64,000 nucleotides of DNA, taken from contig NC_057736.1 in the NCBI RefSeq assembly GCF_004010195.1, positions 14,120,062 through 14,184,061 of the forward strand, written 5' to 3'. The first letter of the stretch is position 1. Every line of letters starts with the position of its first letter. The notes under the pieces were generated by a model. The model had not been told where the DNA came from and did not search any database. It saw only the letters and a program-made list of their open reading frames with translations. Source of the stretch: Chiloscyllium plagiosum. Lineage: Eukaryota. Below are positions 53,321-64,000 of this stretch, piece after piece. Both the position numbers and the translations under genes were made by a program.

Positions 53321-56300
53321 AACAAGTTTATCCAAACCTCAACCCAAGGTCACTGGACTCGAAACATTAACTCTACTTTCTCTCCACAGATGCTGGCAGG
53401 CCTGCTGAGTTTCCCCAGCAATTTTTGTGTTTGTTTCTGAAATTTTGCTTCCCAGCAGAGTCCTGGGAAGTACCTCCATTCACCTGCATTGACCAAATCT
53501 TTTAGCAGCTCACTGGCACAGTGAGTCATTTCATTTGTCATGGACTATTTGTAGTATGTACAACACAAAACAGGCTGTTCAACCCAATTGGTTCATGCCA
53601 GTGTTTCAGCTCCACATAAACATTATCGTAAGTTTCAGCTTTGAACCTTTGTACTTCTAAGTTGTGATGCTCTGTCTTGAACAGTCTCTAGATTAGAGTG
53701 GTGCTGGAAAAGTACAGCAGGTCAGGCAGCATCCGAGGAGCAGGAAAATCAACATTTCGGGCAAAAGCTCTTCATCAGGAATGAACAGTCTCTGTTACTG
53801 TTGGGGGTGTGTGCACAATTTCCAAATATGATTTCTTGCATTTTTCATTGCTCTGTTTAAACCGTATCTAAATTCTGATTTCCTGAACTGATGTCATTCC
53901 TCTCTATTGTGCTAACATCATCAATAATTAACATCATTCCACCTGGTCCCAGGGTTTTCTGTATTCAGTGTGCAACAGACTGAATATAATTCAAGTAAAG
54001 TAAATGGTAATGCTACAGTTCACTTAAAGGCAATCCAACATTGATTCATAGCATCTCATCATATTTTTCATTCATGAGATGAGAGCATTGCAGCAATGCA
54101 AGTATTTATGATTGTCCTTAAAAAGCTGATGCTGAATCACAGTCTGGAACTATTGTAGGTATATGTATGGTGCTGTTTAGAAGAGGATTTTGACCCGGCA
54201 AAATGAAGTAATAACAATATAGTTCCAAAATAGGAGTGTGATTTGGAGGGAGATTACTTTCTTTGGCCTTCTCGATGATAGTGGTCATATATATGGAAGG
54301 TGCTGTCGAAAGAGGCTTTCTGGAGTTAGTAATATGGTGAGCTTCAAAACGGGGGAAATAGAGTTTTCAATTCAAGTGAAGGCAAGGAATCAAATTTGGG
54401 AAGATGGGACAAATCAAAGAGAAAATGCAAGGCAACAGGGAAATGTATTAATATGGAAAATTATAAACAGACTGAAAGGATGGGATACAGAGTGAAAATC
54501 TAAGACGGAATCAACAGATTAGCTTACAAAAATATTAGAAACAAAACCAACCGAGAAGGAAAACTTGTCAAATTGGCAAACAAGACATACTGGTTTGATT
54601 CATACCGTCAAGACCTTTATTTCCAAGTACTGATATTTTCCCCTGGGGAAACGCTTTGTGTCTGAGTGTATGACCAATTCCAAAAAAACCCAGATCTACT
54701 GATAGAACAATAGGAAGAATAATTACGATGTGATAGCTGTTACAAAGGCATGGCTGCAGGATGACACTGATTGGGACCTGACTCTTGATAGATACATGTC
54801 ATTTAGGAAGGACCGAAAACTTAGGAACAGGTGGAGTGATGGAATTATTGTTTAAAACAATAGACAGAAATGTAAGGTCAAAAGTCTGTAAAATCAAATA
54901 TCCCTGAATGTTAAGTTCCCAGCTTTGATCTTTTAACCATGTTTCTGTCATTGCTATGAGATCATATTCACGTACCTTGATTTGCACCATCAGTTTGTCT
55001 AGCTTGTTCCTAATTCTTCATGCTTCAAGGTAACAAAGCCTTCACATATGTCCAATTACCAAATTTGCCTATACTTTTATAGTTCCTTGGTACATTATAC
55101 ATTCACACATTCTGTCCCTTTTACTTTCTAGTAACAATCAGCCCCATCTCTATCCTGCAGTCCTACCTTCTCAGGTGCCTTTGATTTTATAATTTTCCAT
55201 ACAACTGAAATCACTCATTCACTATTTAGTTTAAAGCCCTATGCACAGCCCAAGATGTACAATTCACCAGGAATCTGGACCCAGCATGACTCAGGTGGAG
55301 CCCACCCCATCTGAACAGCTCCCTCTTTCCCAAATACTGGTGTTAATGTCCCATGAATTTGAATCTGTTTCACCCACACCAAACTTTGAGCCATACCGGA
55401 GATTGTTACCTTTTTGGTTCTGCTTTCTAATTTAGTCCCTAGTTGCTCATATTCACTCAGCAGATTCTCTTTCCTCATTGTACCTATATTGTTGGTATCT
55501 ACATGAATGACGACAACTAGGTCTTTCCCCTCCCATTTGAAGATCCTCTGCAACCCAGATGAGATACCCAAAACAAGGCACTGAGCAGGCAGCACAGTCA
55601 TAGAGATGTACAGCATGGAAACAGACCCTTCAGTCCAACCCGTCCATGCCGACCAGATATCCCAACCCAATCTAGTCCCATCTGCCAGCACCCAGCCCAT
55701 ATCCCTCCAAACCCTTCCTATTCCTATACCCATCCAAATGCCTCTTAAATGTTGCAATTGTACCAGCCTCCACCACTTCCTCCGACAGCTCATTCCATAA
55801 ACGTTCCACCCTCTGTGTGAAACAGTTGCCTCGTAGGTCTCTTTTATATCTTTCCCCTCTCACCCTAAACCTATGCCCTCTAGTTCTGGACTCCCTGACC
55901 CCAGGGAAAAGACTTTGCCTATTTGCTCTATCTATGCCCCTCATAATTTTGAAAACCTCTATAAGGTCACCCCTCAGCCTCTGATGCTCCAGAGAAAACA
56001 GCCCCAGCCTGTTCAGCCTCTCCCTATAGCTCAAATCCTCCAACCCTGGCCATATCCTTGTAAATCTTTTTTTAACCCTTTCAAGGTTCACAACATCTTT
56101 CTGATAGGAAGGATACCAGAATTGCACGCAATATTCCAAATTGTCCTAACCAATGTCCTGTACAGCCGCAACATGACCTCCCAACTCCTGTACTCAATAC
56201 TCTGACCAATAAAGGAAAGCATACCAAACACCTTCACTATCCTATCTACCTGCCACTCCACTTTCAATGAGCTATGAACCTGCACTCCAAGGTCTCTTTG

Positions 56301-56406
56301 TTCAGCAACACTCCCTAGGACTTTTCCATTAAGTGTATAAATCCTGCTAAGATTTGCTTTCCCAAAATGCAGCACCTTGCATTTATCTGAATTAAACTCC
56401 ATCTGC

Positions 56407-56453
56407 NNNNNNNNNNNNNNNNNNNNNNNNNNNNNNNNNNNNNNNNNNNNNNN
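56407..56453. other. Assembly gap (47 N)
   Basis: Run of n inside a CR1. Confidence 1.
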
Positions 56454-57063
56454 CAGTTCTGTATCTAAATGGCTAGTTCTCCCTGTATTCCGTGAGATCT
56501 AACCTTGCTAATCAGTCTCCCATGGGGAACCTTATCGAACGCCTTACTGAAGTCCATATAGATCACATCTACCGCTCTGCCCTCATTAATCCTCTTTGTT
56601 ACTTCCTCAAAGAACTCAGTCAAGTTTGTGAGACTTGATTTCCCACGCAGAAAGCCATGTTGACTATTCCTAATCAGTCCTTGCCTTTCCAAATACATGC
56701 ACATTCTGTCCTTCAGGATTCCTTCCAACAACTTGCCCACCACCGACGTCAGGCTCGATGGTCTATAGTTCCCTGGCTTGTCCTTACCACCCTTCTTAAA
56801 CAGTGGCACCACGTTAGCCAACCTCCAGTCTTCCGGCACTTCACCTGTGACTATCGATAATCTCAGCAAGAGGCCCAGCAATCACTTCTCTAGCTTCCCA
56901 CAGAGTTCAAGAGTATACCTGATCAGGTCCTGGGGACTTATCCACTTTTATGCATTTCAAGACATCCAGCACTTCCTCCTCTGTAATATGGACATTTTGC
57001 AAGATGTCACCATCTATTTCCCTACAGTCTATATCTTCCATATCCTTTTCCACAGTAAATACT

Positions 57064-57362
57064 GGGGTGGCACAGTGGCTCAGTGATTAGCACTGCTGCC
57101 TCACAGCACCAGGGTTCCGGGTTCGATTCCAGCCTTGGGTAGACTGTTGGGCACATTCTCCCTGTGTCTGCGTGGGTTTCCTCTGGGTGCTCCGGTTTTC
57201 TCCCAGTCAGGTCAGGTGAATTGGCCATGCTAAATTGCCCATAGTGCTAGGTGCATTAGTCAGAGGGAAATGGGTCTGGGTGGGTTACTCTTTGGAGGGT
57301 CTGTGTGGATTGGTTGGGCCGAAGGGCCTGTTTCTACACTGTAGGGAATCTAATCTAATCTA
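57064..57362 (+). mobile_element. tRNA-derived V-SINE (HE1-like)
   Basis: A/B-box head, V-domain GTGTCTGCGTGGGTTTCCTC, (TAATC)n tail, TSD AAATACT. Confidence 0.85.
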
Positions 57363-58479
57363 AAATACTTAATTAGTATCCACCCCATTTTCTGCAACTC
57401 CACACAAAAGCCGCCTTGCTGATCTTTGAGGGGCCCTATTCTCTCCCTAGTTACCCTTTTGTCCTTAATGTATTTGTGAAAACTTTTGGAATCTCCTTAC
57501 TTCTATTTGCCAAAACTATCTCATGTCCCCTTTTTGCCATTCTGATTTTCTTCTTAAGTATACCCTTACTTTCTTTATACTCTTCTAAGGATTCACTTGA
57601 TCTATCCTGTTTATACCTTACATATGCTTCCTTCTTTTTTTAACCAAACCCTCAATTTCTTTAGTCATCCAGCATTCCCTATACCTACCAGCCTTTCACC
57701 CTAACAGGAATATACTTCCTCTGGATTCTCGTTATCTCATTTCTGAAGGCTTCCCATTTTCCAGCCGTCCCTTTACTGCGAACATCTGCCCCAATCAGCT
57801 TTCGAAAGTTATTGCCTAATACAGTCTTGAGGACTTTCAATCTGGGCCACAGAGAGGAGTGTCTGTCCCCTCCAATGCCCGTCTCCACCACCACCACCAA
57901 CAACTATGCTATGCCTGATTACAACAATATTTCTCTTCCCTTCTTAAATAGTTTCCTGTACCATAGTGTTATGGTCAGTTTGCTCATCCTCCTTACAGCC
58001 CCCACTTTTGTCCACACAGGCAGCAAGAAACTTTGAACCTATTAGACAAACTCAAGGGCTCAATCTCCTTCAGCATTATCTTCTGGATTCCTCAATTTGC
58101 CTTGCTTATAGTCACACGCTCTTGTCCCTGATCACTGATCAAATTCAAAGTAGTTAATCTAAGGGGTGTGATTACCTCATGAAACACAGTATCCAAGTAA
58201 CTCCTCCCCTCCCTGATGTGTTGCAGCGATCGAAGTTGAGAATTCAGCTCATCAGTTCTGAGCCAGAATTCCTCAAGCAACCGACACTTGCTACAGATGT
58301 GGTCACTGTGAATCACAAGGGATCCAGCAGCTCTCATCATGCAGATACAACAAGTTGCCTGGCTCTGCATTTCTATTTGTATTATTTCTTAATTTGTATT
58401 TTTTTAAAAGATTCCCTCTGGACTTTTACTTTGTAGTGTGTCAATATTTCTCTTTTTCACACAGGGACGTGGTACTGAG

Positions 58480-61400
58480 CCAATTGTTTGAGCTGAGGGG
58501 CTGACAAGTCCACAGGTCCTCATGAACTCTATCCTTGGGTCTTAAAAGAAATGGCTAATGATATAGTTGATGTGTTTTGGTTTAATTTTACAAAATTCAC
58601 TGGATTCGGAGAGTATTCCATTAAATTGTATAGTAGCAAATGTAGCTCCTTTATTCAAAAAGGGAGAGAGATAGAAAGCAAGAAACTACAGGCCAGTTAG
58701 CTCAATATCTGTCATAAGGAAGATGTTAGAAAATATATTGAAGATGTGTTGACCAACATTTTAGAGTTCTTGGAAGAAGTACTATACAGTAGATGACAAG
58801 ATCCAGTGGAAGTATTTGGATTTCCAGAAGGCATATAAGGTACTAGATCACGACATATAAGGTGGGCAGCACGGTGGCACAGTGGTTAGCACTGCTGCCT
58901 CACAGCGCCAGAGACCCGGGTTCAGTTCCCGCCTCAGGCGACTCACTGTGTGGCGTTTGCACATTCTCCCCGTGTCTGCGTGGGTTTCCTCCGGGTGCTC
59001 TGGTTTCCTCCCACAGTCCAAAGATGTGCGGGTCAGGTGAATTGGCCATGCTAAATTGCCCGTAGACTTAGGTTAGGGGTATGGGAGGGTTGTGCTTCCG
59101 CCAGTCGGTGTGGACTTGTTGGGCCAAAGGGCCTGTTTCCACACTGTAAGTAATCTAATCTAATCAAAGGTTATTGCAGAAAGAGAAAGCTTACACTATA
59201 GGGAACGTTTATAGAAGATTGGTTGGCTAACAGGAAACATGGAATAGACATAAATATGTCATTTTCTGGCTTGCAAATGTAATGAATGGTGTGCCTCAGG
59301 GATCAGGGCAGGGTCCTCAACATTTTACAACTTATATAAATTACTTGGATGAAACTACTGAAGGTATGGTTGTTATATTTACTGATGGCACACAAATAGG
59401 AAATTAAATTGTGTGCAGACTTAAAGTGGCTGGAAATTTATAGAGAATCGTTAAGTGAATGTTATTGTTTATTGTGAGGGAAATTGAGTCGAACGTAGTG
59501 AGGTTGTGCTTCAGTTATACAGGACATTGGTGAAACCACATCTGCAGTATTGTAGACAGTATTGATCTCCTTATTGAAGGAAGGATACAAATGTGTTGTA
59601 AACAGTTCAGAGAAGATTTACTAATCTAAAACCTGGAATGTACAGGTTGTCTTTTGACAAGAATCTAGAACTAGGATTTACTGTTTAAGCAAAGAGACTG
59701 TCCATCTTATTACAGAGATGAGAATTAATTTCTTAGTTTCATCAGTGTTTGGAACTCTCTTCCTCAAAAGCTGGTGGTGCAGAGTCTTTGAATATTTTTA
59801 AGGCAGAGGCAGATAGATTCTTTATAAGCAAGGGAGTGAAAGGTGATGGAGGTAAACGTATTGAGATCATCTCATGATCACCTTGAATGGTGAACAAGCC
59901 TGAGGATGCAGGTAGCCTACTGCTGCTCCTAATTTATATGTTCATACACTTTTGAGCTGTGCTTGATCAATTGTGCACACTACTGTCATGTGCACTAATG
60001 GTGCAAGGAGTGAATGTTTAAGGTGGTGAATGGAGTTTCAATCAACTGGGCTGCTAAAGCATAATTAGAACCCATTCACCAATCAGGTAGAGAGGATCCC
60101 ATCATACTCTCATGTTGGGACAGTGAGTAATTTTGAGCAATTAAACAGAGTTCTAATTGGTAGTGGGTTGAAGGGATATGGAGAGAAGACAGGAAAATGG
60201 GTGTGAGGAGCATATCAGTTACGATCAAATGGCAGAGCAAACTCAATGGGCTGAATGGTCTAAACCTGCTCCTATATCTTATGAACTTATGAATCACAGA
60301 ATCTGCAACTCCTGATCTGCTCTCGTAGAGAAAATATTTCTATGTTTGTATTTTTGGTCATCAGGAAAGATTTAAAAGGCATATAAGGAGCAACTTTTTC
60401 ATGCAGAGGGTGTATGGAATGAGCTGCCAGAGGACGTAGTAGAGGCTGGGACAATTACAACATTTAAAAGACATCTGGAAGGGTATATGAATAGGAAGGG
60501 TTTAGAGGGGTATGGGCCAAGTGCTGGAAAATGGGACTGGATTAATTTAGGATATCTGGTCGGCATAGACGAATTAGACTGAAAGGTCTGTACATCTCTA
60601 TGACCACATGACTACATGTAGATGTTTTCAAAGAGCAGAGAATCATCGGGGTTACTGGTCCAATCATCCTGCATACTTCAAGATGGAGTTCCAGTATGAC
60701 CAATACATTTATTTCCAAGTGTTAATCAGATTTTTTTAAAACTGAATTTTGTTTCTGGGAAATAACTGAAGAAAATAATATTGGCATCAGGTGCAAAAAT
60801 CATATGAGAGGGGACTGAGGAGGACAAATTGTGATAATTTATTATTTGGCCTCAGTTTTGAACTGCACACCAGAAAATGTTATTATGACCCTTTTATGCT
60901 GAAACTCTATAGAGCCCTGGTTAGACCACACTTGGAGTATTGTGTTCATTTCAGGTCGCCTCATCATAGGGAGGATGTGTAAGTTTTAGACAGAGTGCAG
61001 AGGAGATTTACCAGGATGCTGCCTGGACTGGAGGGCATGTCTTATGAAGAAAGGTTGAGGGAGCTAGGGATTTTCTTATTAGAGTGAAGAAGGATAAGAG
61101 GTGACTTGATAGAGGTTTCCAAGATGTTGAGAGGCATAGAAAGAGTGGATCGCCAGAGACTTTTTCGCATGGTGGAAATGTGTATCACAAGGGTTTGTAA
61201 CTTAAAGGTAATGGTAGAAGGTTTGGGGGAGATGTCAGAGATAGATTCTTTACACAGAGTAGTGGGTGTGTGGAATGCACTATTGTAGTAGAGTAGTGCA
61301 ACTGTAGTGCAGTTGTTGTAGAGTCAGATACATTAGGGACATTTAAGTGATTCTTGGGTAGGCACATGGAAGATAGTACAATGAAGGGTATGTAGGTGAG

Positions 61401-61480
61401 TCTGATCTTAGAGTAGAATGAAAGGCTAGCACAACATCAAGGGCCAAAGGGTATGTACTGTGCTGTTATGTTCTATGTTC
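58480..61480 (+). mobile_element. Cluster of decayed CR1 fragments
   Basis: RT remnants 58480-59940; 3' fragments 60370-60612 and 60895-61480 (LYRALVRPHLEYC). Confidence 0.75.
58862..59165 (+). mobile_element. tRNA-derived V-SINE (HE1-like)
   Basis: GGGCAGCACGGTGGCACAGTGGTTAGCACTGCTGCCTCACAG head, V-domain, (TAATC)n tail. Confidence 0.88.
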
Positions 61481-61949
61481 CTGTACACTGGCACCTACTC
61501 CGTGGGATGCCAAGATGAGTGTGTTCAGCAATCTGTGATGACATATCACCACGTCCACGGACCAGCAAAACTGATTATAATAGGCTGCATGGTGGAGTTT
61601 CCTTACGTGAACTATATACATAGAGACCAATAAATGGCATAATTAGAATAGCATCAGTACAATGGGCAGGACGAAGTCTTCCCGTGTTATACCACGCTAT
61701 AACTGTTGGCCGATGGGTTTTTAAAAAATACACCCTCCCCTTTAAACATTGACGTTGCCTTTAATTCCCTGGCGGTGACATGTCCTGCTTTTTGAAACGT
61801 GCTCCGGTAGAAAATAGGTCCGCAGCTAAATGGTAACATTTTCAACATTAAGCAAGCCAGTACCGATGACCAACAGGATTCCTGTGTTCTGATCATCGGT
61901 GTTCACAATTCGTGATTTCTTGTTAACTTAAAGCATTAACTGGTACCCT

Positions 61950-62320
61950 CGCAGTGATACCAGCGAAGGAGGGGGTGAAGCGGTAGCGGAGACGCTGTCC
62001 ATCAGGCCGCCTGTATCTCGGTGAATAAGAAACCGATCCCGGGAGATCAGAGGAGCGGGGTTTAGACCATGACTGATTTACAGGAAAGGGGATGGGAGGC
62101 CGACGAATAAACTGGGCGACGGATTCAACTGAACGCGGAATTTACCCTTTGACCCTGAGCCGGCGACGTTGCCATTTCCCATTGGTTGGGCCCGCTGCCA
62201 AGTAGATGGTGGCCTGCGTCCGATTGGTCCCGCGCAGCCAATGGGCGGGTTCAGATGAGGGTCAAAGGACAAAAGGAAATAGAAAGGAATCGTAGAGAGC
62301 GCGGGACGTGCTGAAGATGT
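61950..62320. promoter_or_regulatory. Orphan CpG-rich promoter-like region with three CCAAT boxes
   Basis: ATTGG at 62181 and 62223, CCAAT at 62238, GC box GGGCGG at 62243, high CpG density. Confidence 0.55.
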
Positions 62321-62619
62321 TCAAGATCAGGAGAGGGATCACTGTTTAATTAAAACTGGAAGCCGTACATGTAAGACAGTAATTAATAAATCCAGCGAGA
62401 AGCTGAGGAGAAACCTATTTACCCAAGACGTGGTTAGAAAGGAAAACTTGCTGCCAAGGAGCATTAAGATGCATAGCATGGTTGCATCCAAAAGGAAGAT
62501 AGATAATCATGCGAGGGAGGAAAGGAATAGAAGGTAACAGCAAAATAAAGATGGGTGGAAGGAGATCTGTGTGAAGATGGGCTGAATCACCTGCTTCGAA
62601 GTATGGCGAATTGACCTCT

Positions 62620-64000
62620 ACATCACTGAGGTCAGATGCCAACTCTCTGACACGTCTTCCTACCGTCCCCTCAATTATGACCCCACCTCTGATCACCAGG
62701 CTATCATCTCCCAAATCATCATCGGCTTCATCACTTTGGGAAATCTCCTGCCTACAGCCTCCAACCTGATAGTCCCCTGACTCTGCATTGCCTGTTTCTA
62801 TCTCCTACCAAAATCCATAAACCCAACTGCCCTGGTTGACCCATTGTTTCTGTCTGCTCCTGCTCTACCAAGCTCATCTTCTCCTACCTCGACTCTGTTC
62901 TTTCCCCTTTGGTCCAGGAACTCACGACCTACATTTGTGACACAACCCATGCCCTCTTCCAAAACTTTCAATTCCCTGCCCCCGACACATCATCTTCACT
63001 ATAGCCTATTACAGGCCCATTATACCTGTATCCCCCACACAGAGGGCCGAAAGGCCCTCCATTTCTTCCTCTTCCATAGGCTCAACCATTCCCCCTCCAC
63101 TGACACACACAGTTGCTTGACAGAACTGGTCCTCACCCTCAACAATTTTTCCTTTGAGTCCTCCCACTTCCTACAATCCAAAGAGGTGGCTGTGGACACC
63201 CGCACGGGCCCGAGCCATGCCTGCCTCTTTGTAGGATTTGTGGAACAGTCCCTCTTCCACAACTACACTGGCACCATCTCTCCTTCCTCTGCTGTATTGA
63301 TGACTGCGTCAGTGCTGCCTTGTGCTCCTGTGAGGAGCTTGAGCAGTTCGTCAACTTTGCCAACATTTCCAACTCACCCACTAATTCACCTGGACCATTT
63401 CTGACATCTCTATCTCTTTCCTCGACCTCTCCGTCTCCATTTCTGGAAACCAACTCACTACTGACATCCATTTCAAACCCACTAACTCTGACAGCTACCT
63501 TGACTACATCTCCTCTCACCCACCCTCCTACAAAAATGCCATCCCATGCTCTCCATTCCTCCGCCTCCACTGCATCTGCTGCCAGAATGAGGCATTCTGC
63601 TCCAGCAAATCCCAAATATCCTCCTACTTTAGGGACCGTAGATTCTTCTCTTCAGTAATTAGGATTCCCTCAACCGTGTCTCCTCCGTTTCTTGTACTTC
63701 TGCCCTCAAAACCCCTTCCCCCAACAGTAATGGGGGTAGAAACCCCTCAATCCTCACATACCACCCCACCAACCTCCAAATCCAACATATCATCCTTTGA
63801 CATTTCTGGCACCTACAACCAGACCCCATCATCAAAAAGATATTTCCTTCCCCACCCCTGTCTACTTTCCACAGGGACCATTCATTCCATAACTCCCTCA
63901 TCAACTCTACACTCCTGTGAATGTTTTCAACACACTGGTACCTTTCCCTGCAACTGCAAGAGGTGCAACACCTGCCCCTACATGTCCAAGGCCTCAAATA
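62620..64000 (+). mobile_element. Decayed Penelope-like retrotransposon ORF (RT plus Cys-rich linker), running off the window end
   Basis: FYLLPK/RPIVS-like region, YTCIPH, LVLTLNNFSF, VAVDTRTGPSHACLFVG, CIDD, then FPCNCKRCNTCP; frameshifted. Confidence 0.8.

Larger units (their letters stand above)
55596..57815 (-). mobile_element. CR1 LINE nested within an older CR1 (about 54870-58370)
   Basis: PGNYRP, DFSKAFDKVPH, YCVQFW; contains an assembly gap and a SINE; flanks carry ORF1 esterase and zinc-finger remnants. Confidence 0.85.

Noticed and set aside
57064-57135. tRNA-like sequences at 57064, 58862, 17320 and 23170
   Set aside because: These are SINE heads continuing into SINE bodies and tails, not complete cloverleaf tRNAs.
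61480-62250. Telomerase RNA or another known ncRNA next to the CCAAT promoter
   Set aside because: No CTAACCCT template, or other diagnostic motif, was seen on either strand.

Overview
Vertebrate genomic DNA, most likely from a shark or ray (inferred from HE1/V-SINE-type SINEs and abundant CR1 LINEs). Four intact spliced genes can be rebuilt exon by exon with in-frame GT-AG junctions: NUDC (- strand, 9 coding exons, 4407-20420, 341 aa), NR0B2/SHP (+, 2 exons, 25761-27721, 254 aa), GPATCH3 (+, 7 exons, 31771-37345, 493 aa) and GPN2 (+, 5 coding exons, 48636-51305, about 331 aa). The last GPN2 intron has U12 minor-spliceosome signals. Gene order and orientation match the human 1p36.11 block. 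The rest is mostly retroelements: CR1 LINEs (one near full length), tRNA-derived SINEs, a decayed Penelope-like RT at the right end and a decayed Harbinger-like transposase. The most striking hidden structure is a set of short Penelope-derived insertions. They form long, often perfect inverted repeats flanked by 12-17 bp target-site duplications and carry minimal hammerhead ribozyme motifs (CUGANGA-stem II-GAAAC/GUC), with stem covariation across at least three families. Hammerheads in Penelope-like elements are a known phenomenon; their activity here is untested. Other points of interest: an HSE plus RFX X-box NUDC promoter, a copy of the NUDC 3'UTR at the start of intron 8, a CR1 abutting the GPN2 splice acceptor, and an orphan CCAAT/CpG promoter near 62 kb.
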